From: the human T2T-CHM13v2.0 reference genome, Homo sapiens
Strand: one strand, 5' to 3'
DNA: 64,000 nucleotides
Assembly (NCBI RefSeq): GCF_009914755.1
Contig: NC_060934.1
The translations under genes and the position numbers were made by a program. Below are positions 28,556 through 42,587 of this stretch, one piece after another. The notes below the pieces were generated by a model that ran no database searches, was not told where the DNA came from, and was given only the letters and a program-made list of their open reading frames with translations. Within the stretch, counting starts at the first letter, position 1. Every line of letters begins with the position of its first letter.

Positions 28556-31439
28556 CTCAGTTTTTCCTTCCTTGCCCTGCCCCACAGCCAATCAATGATC
28601 AAGACCTGCTTTTTTCCTCCTAAGGTTGAATAACTTTATGAGAATGTTTCTGTATGATGTTTAAAAGCAACTTCTTATTTGCTTTCCACACATTGATTTT
28701 GCCTTTTTTTTTTTTTTTTTTTTTTTGCTTATTCTCCTAGACAGTATTCCTGGCCTCAGCATTTTAATTTTAATTGACATCTATTGGGCCCTCTAAGCAT
28801 GATGGGCAGTATCTCAGTTTCTGCAGAGAAACCCAAAAGCCCAGTCCTCAAGTAAAATAGAAGACAAGACAAGTAAGTGCAGTTAATATCAATAATCGCA
28901 GGAGCACTGCCTCAAGCTGTGTTTTAGAGGGAAGGGGCTAAATGGTTGGGTGTAGGGGAGGCCTGGGGAGAGCGGGCAGGAGGCCAGCCACGGACAGGCC
29001 TGAGACAGGATCAGACAGCCAGTGTGCCAGGGAGCTGAAGAGGACTCTGTGGACTCAAGAAGGGCCCTAAAAGAGGAGTGGTGAGGTGTTCAGGAGGGCA
29101 AGAGGCAGAGGAGCTCCTCAAAGCCTGGGAGGAGGATAGGGGAATTGACTCTGATGTCAATAGGGACCTTGAGCCTATGAGAGGCAAAAATGAAGATGGT
29201 GAAGAAGGATGAAGGGCTTCCCTGTGGTAATCAACAGGGCCCTGGCACAAACACTTCTGACAACACGCTTCTGTGTGACAATGATGAATGTCTGTAGACT
29301 TTAGAAAGGGTTGAGAATTTTTGGGGTCCAGCAGAGAAGATATTATGAGGAAAGAAGAGCCATCTGCCTCCCCATCATGTTACCAAGGCTGTTCACTTTC
29401 CAATAGCAGATGTCTGACAAAGGCAAGTTGTTTCTGTCTTCTTAGCTCACAGTCTCTGCCTCCTCAGCCCTGCAGCGTTAACAAGCAAAACTGTGCTTAG
29501 CAGAGCTTTGTAATTATGGCCTTCATGTACATAAGCCTGACTCTGTAGACCACAACAGCAGAAAAATCCAAAGCCTGGTGACGTCATGTGCTACCTGGCC
29601 CCACCTCAACCTGGGCTGTTCCTTGGAGGTGCACTCAGGAGGGAGCCACCCGCCCTGCTGGGCTCCGAGGTGACCAGGCTGTCTGCTGCTGCTGGCTGGG
29701 GCCCATCCTCCTCTGCTCTGACAGCCCAGACGCCTTCACTGAGCACCTCCTGGCTACTGACGTTGCTTTAGGAGCTTGAGTCTGAGAAGCCATGGAGATC
29801 AACAGAGCCTAGGCTGCTGGAGCTTACAGCCCTGGGGGTAGGGGAAGAGGGCACGACAGACACAAAAGGAGCCAATAAACCCACAAATAATTCCAAACTG
29901 TGATGGAGGATGTGGAAGAGAGTGGCAGAAGAGATGGATGCAGGGCGATCTTCCAGAAGCCACCAGTAAGAAGGAACCAGGTGCACTGGTTGGAGGAGTC
30001 CCAGGCAGGAAGGAGCTTGGCTCTGGCACTGAGAGAAAGGAGCCGTGATTGGAGCCCAGCGGGCAGGGGTGAGAGGCTCAGAGCAGCCAGGGAAGTCAGG
30101 CAGAGCCTCGTGGGAGTTTGGGTTTTAATATTCCTGGAGGCTTTTAAGCAGGGGGCTAGCAGGACCCGGTTTACACTTTGTGAGGTGCCTGGGACCAAGT
30201 GTGAAGAATGGATCATCTGGCAGAGTGGGTCAGAAGCTGGGGAGCCACTGCAGGTTTTGGAGGGGCGCAGGCAGTGAGATGAAAGGGCAAGATGCATGGA
30301 GAAGCCAGTGGGAAGTGGACTTGGGCCCTCTGGGAGGTGGACTTGAGGTGGGACACGGAGGCAGGGACAGGGACGACTGCAGAGAAACTAAGTAAGAGCA
30401 AGAGGCAGGTCTGAGACAGCAGGAGACAGCCAGGAGGAGCTGAGCTTGGAGGAGAGGGCCCCAGAGTGGTGCTGCTTAGAGTCATTCCCATACGGATGGT
30501 GTTTAAAGCTTTGGGGCTAGACAAGGCCCCCAGGGACAGAAATGGGCAGGGCAGGGCAGGAAGGTGGAGCTCAAGTTCTCCACTGGTTTCGCAGCTCTCC
30601 GGCCCCTGTGGAGGGGAGGTCCCACTCTGGGCAAATCACGTGGGGGTGGCCTCTGCCAGGAGGCACCCATTGCTCTGCAGCCTTTGGGGTCCGTAGCTCT
30701 GTCTAAACAGGCCTTAAGTATGCTAAGAGTCGTCGGCTGGCAATCGGTGCAACGTGGGGTAACACACCGTAAGTGCCACTTTCTCCCCATCCATTCATTC
30801 ATTCATAAGCCTAATGAGCTGGGTCCCTACCACAGAATGCAGCTTCCCTCATGAGGGCTGGGCCGTGGCCCCACCCAGAGGGCACGGCACAAAGGTTCAG
30901 AACCAACATGCCACCAGTGTCTTTTCTGCTCCTTCCAGGGAACTGCCTTTTCTCTGAAAGCTCCCTAAATAGCTTGAGTGAAATTCCCTGGAAGAAGTCG
31001 GCTAGACAGCAGGCCCAGTGCCTGGCTCTGTCGCTCTTCTTTCTCTTTGTGCGTTTTTAACTTTGACAGATACTGCCTTCGGGACAAGCGAGCCCTCTTC
31101 TACATCCCCCAGACAGGCGCCTTATCCCCTCCTCTTTCCAGAGGAGGCCACCAGGCCCAGCGACCTCACAGCTCTCCCAGCTTCCTCGCACCAGAAGCGC
31201 ACGGGGTGCCCTGCGTGTCCCACACCTGCTGCAAGACCAGGGCGAGTCCCTAGTCAGGCCACTTCCTGGTGCACAGGGATAGGGCAGGGAGAGGCAGGGC
31301 CTTGCCTTTGCTCTCCACCAGGTGTGAGTGCCTGCCATACCTTGACCCTCTGTCTACGCACCTGGGTCCCGGCGGAGTGGCTGGGCCAGGCCTCCCCGGA
31401 AGGGGCACCAGCCTTGAGTAAACGGATGCCCACAGTGTC

Positions 31440-32480
31440 TGGGTGCTCCCAGGGCAGGGCCGCAGGGCCTCAGGGCCATACCCGCCTCGCAGGTGGGGCG
31501 GGCGCCCTGGATGCGCTCCCCGCGCCGGGCACCAGGCGTCGCCCCCGCTCCTCGCAGCGCCCAGGCCCCCGCCCCCGCCGCGGAGCCACAGCCGGAGCTG
31601 GAGCCGAGGCGGCGGCGGGACGCGGCCGGCCGGACAAATTTCCTGCTAGGCTGCGGACGGCGGGCGGCAGGAGCCGGCGCGAGCGGCTTCAGGAACCCAC
31701 GGCCTCTGCGCGTCCCCGCGACCCTTCTTCGCGCCCGGCGAAGACAGCCGGGCGCCCCGGAGGGCGGCGGGCAGGCGCCCGGGAGATGCGGAGCCTCCGC
31801 TGCAGCGCGATCTGCGCGACCAGACCGGCCCCCCCGAGGTGAGCGCGCGTGCGGACAGGGACCCTGCGCCCCTGTGGGGAACTGTGCGCCCCGGGAGGCC
31901 CAAGCAGGCCGGGGCGCTGCCTCGGCCGCTGCCGCGGGAGGGAGGGGCCGCTCCGGGGCTCAGAGTCCGGACCCCGGCCCCGCCGCCCCCGCGGCGCGCC
32001 CAGTACCAGCGGCTGGGGCCCGTACGACCCCCGACCCCGGCCTGTGGCGCGTCCCCTCACCCGGAGTCCCCAGCCCAACTTGGCGACCACAGTGGCAGTG
32101 CTCACGCTCCCTCTCGGTAAACAGGAGGAGGGCGCGCGTGTCTGCGGGTGGCTACAGTGCGCGGGGGCCGGCGGCAGGGCGGCGTACGTGAAAGCGGGCG
32201 ACACAGAGAGGGGGTGCAGGCCGCGCGTGGGGGGCTGCGCCCACTCGAGGCTGGAGGCTGGAGCCTTTGAAGAAAGTGGCTCGAGTTGTGCCAACTCTGG
32301 GAGGGGCCGGCGCGCTGCCAGGATGCTGCCCCGCAGCCGGGCGGGCGCCCGCGCCTTCCCAGGGAGGCAGGTGGAGCGGGATGCAGCAGCCGCCGGGGGT
32401 CGGAGATGCGGCAGGGAGACCCTGGCAGGTGGTCCAGGCTGGACTGCCGCGATTTGCAGGGTCGACGACCTCACAGGGCT
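31440..32480. promoter_or_regulatory. PTPRE: CpG island / PTPRE promoter with GC boxes
   Basis: Very high GC and CpG density relative to the flanks. GGGGCGGG at ~31495 and CCCCCGCCCCCGCC at ~31566-31579. Confidence 0.9.
31600..31838 (+). other. PTPRE: PTPRE first exon (mostly 5'UTR); start approximate
   Basis: Strong donor CCGAG|GTGAGC at 31838/31839 inside the CpG island. The sequence matches my recollection of the PTPRE mRNA 5' end and the known CLRN3-PTPRE adjacency. No PTP-domain exons lie in the window. Confidence 0.8.
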
Positions 32481-33719
32481 CCTGAGCACAGATGCGAGCG
32501 CGGTGCCAATTCTGAGAGCTCCGGGGACCATCTGGGGAAGGCCGGGCAACCCACAGGATGGGGAGGCAGAGCCAAGCCGGATGGAGACCGCGCTGGACCT
32601 GACCTAAATTCCTTCCAGGCATGCAAACCTTTCCAGAAAGATTAGGCAATTATACTTGCAGAATTATGATATTGGTTTGTCTTGAGTCGTGACCATTCCA
32701 TCAGAGTTTCAATCCAGGAAACTCAAAGAAAGAATACAGCTCTCTGCTTGTATTTTAGAGTGAATGAGCGTATAGGTGAGTTGAATGAACACCAGCAAAG
32801 AGTGATCACGTGATACAGAAATTACTGTGTCCATGTCCAGTCAGCTCTGCATTTGGCCCCAGGTACCCCTTGACCCAGGGCGTCTGGAGGTCTTTGTGTC
32901 CCAAAGATGGATGAAGTTCTGCCTCTGCACACTAACGACTCTTGTCCATTTAAACTGTGTGTATGTGGGTGGGGAGGGGGGGTGTGGAGGGTCGTTTCCA
33001 AAACTGGGATAATGGCCAGAGGAGGGCATGAAATGGTGGGGGCCAGTGGCTGGGGCAAGCGTCTGACCACCACGGTCACTCAGCCAGCATGGTATGGGCA
33101 GAGCTCTGTGGTGTGAACAGGGTTAGGGTCTGTACTTTCCAAGCACAGGCTCTTGGCATTTGGGGAGCAAAAGGTCAGAGGCGAGGTGGAGCAGGCCCAA
33201 GAGGTGGGGGCTGCGCTGTCAGTGAGAGAGGCCTGACGTACCACCCAGCCCTTCCCAGACAAGGCTCTGCCCCTGAATCTGACCTTGGGGGCCAAGATTT
33301 TTGTTCATTGATGTTGGTGATGCCTGTGAGTCACCACCGCCCCCTCCCTGCCCCAACAGACCGTTCCCATGTGGACAAGAGCTAGGAGCTAGATTTGTCT
33401 CTGTAAAAGGTCAGGTCACTGGATGTGTCCAGATGGCTTGGGACTTAGTCACACACTCCCTCATCAGTTCCAGTCAAACCAGTTGAGGGAAGTCGATGAG
33501 GGTGTTATTGTCTTTACGTGTGATGCTTCTTGGAGGCCCTGTGTGGACACAAAGTGAGGACAATGCGGAAAGTCACACAGAGGCCACCTCTCATTTCTGT
33601 GGGGGACAGCTGGCAGAGAGAGATGCGCTCCCTGTGTCAGCACCACCACCTCCACGGAAGCCTGGAGGAGGTCCTGAAGCACTGTGCCCTGATGGGAGCC
33701 CCCTCTTCTCCAGGGATGC

Positions 33720-33830
33720 GTGTGTGCAAACCATTGCCCCTGAGAGTAGATGCGGCTGTGTGTGTACATCCTTGCCCCTGAGAAGAGAGGTGGCTGTGTG
33801 TGCAAATCTTGCCCCCAAACCCCAAGAGAA
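33720..33830. repeat. Degenerate minisatellite, ~3 x 38-40 bp
   Basis: tgtgtg(c/t)a.a..(c)ttgcccctgaga..agag.(c/t)ggctg units. Confidence 0.7.
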
Positions 33831-35330
33831 GATGCATTCACAGTGGGGGTGATGGTAGATGCATCAGTTTCAACTGGTGAAAGTATGCTTCTCCCAGCTG
33901 TGCCTCAGTGGGTCCACTGTGCTCCATCTGCACCACCATTAGCCTAGTCTAAGGTGCACCGCTGATCAATATTCCCTCCCTGAAGGCCAGAGGTGTGTTT
34001 CTAGGCCCGGCCACTCCTCTGTAGTTCTCCTCCGCAGCTGCCCACTTGACATTTCTCCCTGGGATATCAAATGCCCCTTGACTCAATGCGTCAAAATCAA
34101 ACTTGTGATCTCCCCTCCCCTTCCAGTACTTTCCCAGTGTTGTCTTTATCCATCCAATTCCACCAGCCTCCATGTTGCTTCTGAAATGTATGCCAGACTA
34201 TAGTTTCTGTGAAGAGAGGGCAATACTGTATCTCCAGTGCCCAGCCATGTGCCTACCAGTGGAGCCTTGAGGACTACTGTCCATGGATAAACAACTTGGA
34301 AGTGAGACCTTCCCGAAGCGCATGTGCTGATGGAGCAAGTGTGTGTCTGTTGCGTGGATGTTGTATGGTTGATAGGCAGCCACACATTTTTGCCGATGTG
34401 GATGGGCATGGTCCATCCAGGGCTCATGTGGCCAGCCCTTCTGGAGATGCTGGACTCACCTGCTAAAATGACTGCTGGCTTGGACCAGAGACACCCCAAG
34501 TGACCTCCCAGGGAGGCAGGCTTGGGAGCAGGGAGGGAACAGGATCGAAGCTGCCCCGTATTCCCTTGCTAGACAAGTCTTTTTCATTTATAACATTTGA
34601 GTCACCCTCACAGAAGTTCTGTTGCCAAAGCAGGAATGAATGTATCCATTAGGGTAAAGACTGGCCTTCTTAATATTTGAATATCACTTGGGAAGAAAAC
34701 TACAGTTCTAAGAACATCTCTAGTTTTTCTTTTGGCTTTTTTCCTACTGACCCAATGGCTTTGTCTTCCATAAAGCTCCCAAAGCTTTCCAGATCCCAAG
34801 ACTCAGCTCCCTGCTCTCAGCCTCCTTCCCCTTTATTTCCATCTTAGGAACTCCTACCCATACCTCAAGGCCCACCTCAAAAGTCTCAGTCTCCACAAAG
34901 CCTTCCTGGCTCCCCTACCTGAGAGGAATCTCTCTTACTCTTGGTTCCATAGAACGTTATTTCTGCCTGTCCTAAAGCACTTACTGGACTTGACTTTGAT
35001 TTCCAGTTCACTTGCTCAAGTAGTTTATCTCCTCCACTAGGCAGCCAGTGCTTTAAGGGTGGAGGGTGTGTCTCTGAGAGCATGTACTTTGGGTTCAGTC
35101 AGTCAAGTTCTGACTCTGGTGTGACCTTGGCTAAATGACTCAAAATGCAGGCTTCAGTGTTCTCTAGAATGGGAGTAATCATCGCTACTTCCCAGGGCTG
35201 CTGCTGTGAGGGGGACATAGGATACATATAATTGACAGGCCGCTTGGCTGGTATGCAGTAAACTGTGGTTATCTTTCCCCTACAACATCTAATGCTGTGC
35301 ATTGCACATGTAAGAATCAGTGAAGTTTGA

Positions 35331-35620
35331 GGCCGGGTGCAATGGTTCACACCTGTAATCCCAGCACTTTGGGAGGCTGAAGCACGCAGATCACTTGAGG
35401 CCAGGAATTCCAGACCGGCATAGGCAACATGATGGAACTCTGTACCAAAAACACAAAAAAATTAGATGGGCATGGTGGTGCACACCTGTAGTCCCAGCTA
35501 CTCAGGAGGCTGAGGTGAGAGAAACATCTGAGCCTGGGAGGTCAGGGCTGCAGTGAGCCATGTTCACACAACTGCACTCCAGCCTGGTTGACAGAGAAAG
35601 ACCCTGTCATGGAAAAAAAA
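35331..35620 (+). mobile_element. Alu (J-like) with 19-bp TSD
   Basis: Flanked by aagaatcagtgaagtttga (35312-35330) and aagaatcaatgaagtttga (35620-35638). Confidence 0.92.
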
Positions 35621-38466
35621 AGAATCAATGAAGTTTGAATGAATACATGAACCAAGCCAAAAACCATACAAATAGATAGATACCTTTTGTGCATCATCCA
35701 GATCAGTAGGTCAAATCAGTGTGGTGTGGCATGCCAGATAATTTTTGCATGGCAATCTAAATGATTATTATGTAAATTTTGCGTGATTAAGTATTTTAAT
35801 CCCATAATGTTATCACTTACCATGAAGGCATTCATTCTTCAATATGCACCATTGACTCCAGTGATCGATGAGGCAGAAATGCAACTTGCTGTGCACATTA
35901 ACCAGGCTCGTGGCCTGAATTAAACCAGGCTGGGTGTGAGGCACTGCAAAAGCAAACGAAACCCACCCCTGAGAAGCAGTGTGGCCTAGAATCAGGTGTC
36001 TGGAATCAGGGTAAGAGAGCAGCTTCTAGACCAGAACATAAAGCTAGGAAGCTGTGGCCTACCCTAGAAACTCTCAGAACTTCACTTTGCTTATCCAAAG
36101 AAAGGGGCTGTCCTGGGCCATCTCTGGGCCCCTCACAGCTGCTGCACTTCCGCCCGATTTCACCCCTTCCCCACCACTGGGCAGGAAGGGCTGCTGACTC
36201 CGTACAAGGCTGGATCCCAGGCAGGGAGGCCTCCTGTTTCTTGGCTCAGCATTTGGGCCACGTGTCTCTCTGCTCTGGACACCAAATCTAGAGAGAGTGA
36301 GGAGAGGCCCGTGGGTACATGTAGCGTGCTGCCAATTTTAGGTACTGGCCCTAGACATATCAAGAGTTTATTTTGGAGGATTAACTTCTCATTATTTTGT
36401 CACTAGGATTTTTTTTTTTCACCAAAAGCAGAGTGCTGGATGATATTTTAGATGGCTGGGATTTTAGATCAGCCATACCTGAGGCAATAAGAGTTGGTCG
36501 AATGTTACCAATCCTTGAGCAGACACAGATGAGCAGTTGCGGGGTCGTTCGCTGCTGGATGTGGGCTAGGAGACCCCTGGTTTGGGGATTATGAAGGCAG
36601 CCTCCTTTTCTTCCCTGGGCTCTGGCTGCTGTTTTCCCAGTCATACCCATCATGGTCTGCCCTGTCCAGGTGTTCCATGTGGGGAGTATTGATGTGGTGC
36701 CCAGCCTTTGAACTGTTAACAACACCCTGCTCACAGCCAGAAATGTGGGCCCCACATCTTTCTTTCAACTGTATGAATACTTCAGAGGCTTTGATTGAGC
36801 TTAAGAAATACAAATTCTTAACAATATATTTCAGAAAAATAAACATATCCTTTTATATTGATTCCCAATGAAATAGGGGCCAGATAAAATATTTTAAAAG
36901 GGCATCTGTTTTTAAAAATATCTTTCAAATGCAATCAAGAATGTTCAGTTAATCCGGTCCATTATGTATATTGTAACAAGTAACAAAAGGGGCAGAGAAA
37001 TCTTTCTCCCAAAAACAAATATAAAGTCCAGCAGGGAGTAGGGAAATGTTTGAAGAAAAAAAAAAGATTCTTAGTTATGTGCTAAAAACCAAACGTGTTT
37101 TGGGCAGGTGCTTTGATGTTAGTGTTTGTTGGGTGGAGAGTAAAGAATTGATAGGAAAACTTGTTTGGATCCCAGGTCTGGGTGCCAGCTACACTACATT
37201 TGATCCAATGGAAGGGCTAGCATGGGAACAATAGCATTTGGTGTGAGCGCCCTGGGCAGGTACATGACTCTGTCGTCAGCTCCCAGGGATGGACAGCCAG
37301 TCCCACAATGCCTGGAGCTCAGAGCTCACTCTGTGCATGTATGTGACATGGAGAGATGGATGGATGAAGGTAATAGAACTGAGTAGGAGCCTGTCCAGGT
37401 AGCAGTGGAGGAGGCCAAGTGGCGGAGGCCTTCCCTGCCATGATTTTACTCTGTCTGAATACCAGCAGCAAGTGGAAGCCACGGGGCTTTATTTTCAAGG
37501 GAGGTGACACAGCCTGGGGCTCAGGGAAAGGACTTAGGAGCAGAATGACTGGGATCAGATGGGGGCCCATGAGACTGAGGCTCTGGACAAGGCAAGGGAC
37601 TTCCCCTGGCCCAGTGTGAGCCCAAGTCTTTACGGTGGGGAGCATGATGCCGCCAAGGCAGCTGCACGGGGATCGGTGGAGGTGGTACGCAGAGGCCTGG
37701 CCCCATGATCACCAAAGGGCCAGCGGTCTCACACAAGGCAAGGGCCCAGGGGACCGGAATCAAAGGCCTGAGATGATGTGAGCCCTGACTTCTCCTCTGC
37801 CACAGTCGCTTTGTCCTCAAGGCAAGTCATTTAATTCCTATTCAATAAATGCACAAACATAATTTTTGGTTATTAATGTCCCTAAATCTGTTTGGACATT
37901 TCCAGCTGAACATTAGTCACCAGTTTTGTACTAGAGAGAAAATTAGTTCCATCTTTCTTCTCAACTGAGATTTTTAAATGTCCTATCACATAGCTACTTG
38001 ATTACAGTGTATTATTTTAAATGACCTCTGTACTAAGTCCTTTTATTTTGGCGTCCTCTCACTCCAGAAGGACTTGGCATTGGCATTTTTCAGGCTGTGT
38101 CTCCACAGTAGGACTTTCATAGGTCTGCGGTGCAGACTGGTTTGCTGTCCACAGGCTTGGCCCTGACTCCTCGGCTAACATGCACAAGGGCGCTCTGAGG
38201 GTCGGGAACGCACCCACCAAGCACAGCCCAGACGAAATGGAAGCTCCTGTCCAGGCAGGTTCCCGGTGAAACTCTAGGGAGCTCCAGCCTTCCTTTCTTC
38301 TCCAGTTTATTAAGAGGCTGGCCTCAGAGGTGGACACCTACTTCCACGATTTGATGTCCGACCCTGGGACTCTCCTCTTTACCCTGCCCCCACCTCATCC
38401 ACCAGCCTTTTGGTCTGAAATCCTTGTCATGGGGTAAAGCTTTTTATTCTGTTGTTGGAAACACAG

Positions 38467-38880
38467 TATATGGTTTGGCTGTGTGTCCCCTCCAAATCTC
38501 ATGTTGAAATGTGGTCCCCAGCGTTGGAGGTAGGGCCTGGTAGGAGGTATTGGATCATGGGGGCAGGTACCTCATGATTACTAGCGCCATCCCTTTAGTG
38601 ATGAGTGAGTTCTTGCTCAGCTAGTTCACATGATATCTGGTCATTTTAAAGAATGTGGCACCCCCCACCCACTCTCTCTCTTGTTCCCACTCTCACTGTG
38701 TGGCATGCTGGCTCCCTCCCTCTGCCTTGATTGGAAGCTTCCTGAGCCTCACCTGAAGCAGGTGCCAGCATTATGCTTTGTGCACAGCCTGCAGAACCAT
38801 CAGCCAATTAAACCTCATTTCCTTATAAATTACCCAGCGTCAGGTATTCCTTTATTGCAATGCAAGAACAGACTGACACA
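38467..38880 (+). mobile_element. MST (MSTB-like) solo LTR
   Basis: tatggtttggctgtgtgtcccctccaaatctcatgttgaaatg...ataaattacccag...gactgacaca; TSD CACAG at 38462-38466 and 38881-38885. Confidence 0.88.
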
Positions 38881-40329
38881 CACAGCACAGGTGGAAATAC
38901 AGGCTTTGCGGACACCGGTGGCCTGTTTTTCTGACACTATCATACTTCCCAGGATAGGCTCTACTCTTAACTCTTCTAACCCCATCCACTTGTTATAAAA
39001 CACACTTTCAGAAAAAGGCTAGGTTGTTACTGAGGTAACATGGGATGGATCTTTGGAGGTGGGAAGGCCTCCAGCCTCCTCTGGGGAAGACAAAGTAAAT
39101 CCTCCCTATGGAATTCTCCAGCTTGTTTTCTTGATTCCAGAGAGACCTGCTAGTGAATTCAACTAACAGGTTGGTTTTCAGCACAGAATATTTCCTACAG
39201 ATGTCGGTGTTTCTTTCCAAATCCTTCCTCTCTTCAGGGCGCTTTCCCACTGTTCTAGACGTAGGAGAGAAAGCACTTCTCAGATGGTGAGCTTTTATCT
39301 TCCAATCTTGTCAACCGAGGAGACCTGGAAGTTCCCTTTCAACCTGGAATGTGAGCCCTGCTTGCTGGGCACGAGATAAGGACCAAGGATTGACCCAGGA
39401 CAATTTCAGAGAGCACAGGGGTGGCATATCCTCATGTCAGGGCGTGGAGCTAATATTCAGACCCAAACACTCTGAATCTCTAAAGCAGAAGCTCTCTTAA
39501 AATTCCTGGGGAGGAAATCAGTATGAATTAATAAAAAGCCTGAATATTGTGGATTTTTATTAAATTCGAGGATTTATAGTAACTCAATCCAGGCCAACAA
39601 AACGTTGCCTTCCGGTACTTACTTTAATGAATAGAAAGCATGTAAATGCTCTTCCAAAGAGAATAACACATTTTAGCATCTTAAATATGTAAAAATAAAA
39701 CTCCTGTACAATCCTAGTTGCACTAGGAAGTCTACTTATCAAAAAAAGAAACTTCTGTTTCCAGCCACATTATTTCAAATCATCCCAAAACTTACATTGT
39801 TACTAGTAAAATTTTTCATTGTGATTAACACTTTTTTTCCAGTATGGTTTTCCTCTTTCTGAAAGCAACCTTAGTTTCATAAACAGTTGGACATTTAAGT
39901 ACTGGTCAAAAAAGTACTCTGAACCAGTAACCTCGTCCTTAATTTTGAACTGCTGTTGACTAAGCGCTCTCTTTTCCTAAGCTCATAGCAGCCCTTCGTT
40001 CAGTGCTTCAGTAATTCAATAAATTACTTTTTGCCAAGGTTGCAAACATCAGCTAAAGTTCAGTCATCTACTGGAGATGTTATCAGTCTGTCCATTTAAA
40101 TTCTTTTGCGCAAAGTCCAGATTTGGACCCAAAGTAATATAAAAATGCAAGAGCCAGAAATTTAATAATTTTGTACTGTGTTGTGCCAAGCCAGGCCTAT
40201 TCTTAGCTAGCCAACAACATTCTTTCAAAGGATATTTTTTGGTTTTCATCAAATGTAAATAGTGTTTAAGAGTCTGTAATATCATTTAGAAGGAACAAAT
40301 GGAAGTATTAAACCTTTATTGACTACCTA

Positions 40330-40490
40330 CAGTATATAGAGGATCTATAACTTATGATGGTTTTATTATAGTTTCTCAACCTTACAATGGGTTTATTGGG
40401 CATTGGGTACATTTTAAACTTATGATATATTCTATTTACAAGGGGTTCATCAGGATATGACCTCACTGTAAGCCCAGGAGCATCCGTACG
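40330..40490. mobile_element. Tigger-family MITE (MER47-like)
   Basis: Repeated acttatgatgg/cttacaatgggttta motifs and the terminus gtaagcccaggagcatccgta. Confidence 0.55.
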
Positions 40491-40677
40491 TACAAGCACT
40501 GTGCTTAGCGCTGGAGTTACAGGGAAAAAAAAAAAAAAAGGCACGATGGCTTGTGACATCCTGTGGATGCTCCAGGTCCACAGGAAGACAGAACTCACTT
40601 CCAGGGAGTGTTAAATGTGATGCTGGATGCTCCTGTGGAGGAGGGGAGACATGGAAGGGCCTCCCCAGGTAGAGCAG

Positions 40678-41071
40678 TGACGTGGTCTGGCTCTGTGTCC
40701 CCACCCAAATCTCATCTTGAATTGTAATCCAAATAGTAATCCCCACATGTTGGGGGAGGGACCTTGTAGGAGGTGATTAGATCATGAGGGTGGTTTCCCC
40801 CATGCTGTTCTCATGATAGTGAGTGAGTTCTCATGAGATCTGATGGTTTTATAAGGGGCTCTTCCCCCTTCACTTCACTGTGCACTTCACTGTGCACTTC
40901 TCCTTCCTGTCGCCTTGTGAAGAAGGTGCCTTGCTTCCCCTTCCACCATGATTGTCAGTTTCCTGAGGCCTCCCCAGCCATGCTGAACTGTGAGTCAATT
41001 AAACCTCTTTCCTTTATAAATTACCCAGTCTTAGGCAGTTCTTTATAGCAGTATGAAAACAGACTAATACA
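40678..41071 (+). mobile_element. THE1D/MSTA-type solo LTR
   Basis: tga..tggtctggctctgtgtccccacccaaatctcatcttgaattgtaatcc...gactaataca; TSD AGCAG at 40673-40677 and 41072-41076. Confidence 0.9.
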
Positions 41072-41903
41072 AGCAGGCTTGGTTTACTGGGCCATTTCCT
41101 AGGCAGCTGACAGGGATTGAGCATTCCAGACAGAGGGGCTACCATGTGCTTGCCTGGCAGTAGGAAGCGGTGTGTCCTGTCTGGGGAAGAGCAGGTGTCT
41201 GCATGGAGCTGGAGCCCAGGGACAGAGGGGATGGGACAAAAAGGTGGAAAGTTTAAGGATCACCCAAACATTTGTACACCATCCAGGAGTCTGGATTCTG
41301 TGTGACGGACCAGCAGTTCTTACCGTGTCTTAAATTATGACCCCCTTTGTGATTCTAGGGAAGACTATGGACTCATTCTCCAGAAAAACGCATGTGTGCA
41401 CACAGTCATTTGTATAGTTTCAGCAAGTCTTTCCTAACACCCCTCCCCCCATCCTGAGGCTCACAGGTTCCAGGTGTGTCCCCTTTGTGCGGCCTGGCCA
41501 GCCCCACAGAGCCCAGCAGCATGCTCAGCTGTGAGTTTGAGAAGGGGTCCCCTGCTGGCTGTGTGTGGAAAGCCAGAATGGAGGTGACGGGGGAAACCGA
41601 CTCAGCAGGTTGGATTTATAGGCAACATGACCATGTGGGTGAGAGGATGAGAGTGAGAACCAAGGCCCCGCAGTTTTCGGCCAGGGTGACTGGATGCATC
41701 CGGACCAGACACAGGCTTACGAGATGATGGTGCGCCCAGGGTGTGAGCTGAGTTTGAGGGTGCCAGAGGGGGAAGCCGCTCCAACATGTGGAATCCAAGC
41801 AGCTGATTCCAGCAGGGAGGGTCTGTCCAAAGGCAAGCGAAGAGAGTTTTTCAGCATGAAACTGATGGTGCCAATGTTTGTGCTTCACTGCGCTAAACTG
41901 TCA

Positions 41904-42200
<297 letters not shown>

Positions 42201-42248
42201 TTTTTTTTATTTTGAAAATTGGGTTACACTGTACATTCTTAGGGTCTA

Positions 42249-42587
<339 letters not shown>

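Noticed and set aside
31018-32649. Long overlapping ORFs (232-286 aa) on both strands of the CpG island
   Set aside because: Stop-codon depletion in GC-rich DNA. The products are Ala/Arg/Gly/Pro-rich with no domain, and they run across the exon 1 splice donor.
38467-41071. Full-length MaLR provirus bounded by two LTRs
   Set aside because: The LTRs are different subfamilies, each has its own TSD, and the intervening DNA does not look like MaLR internal sequence.
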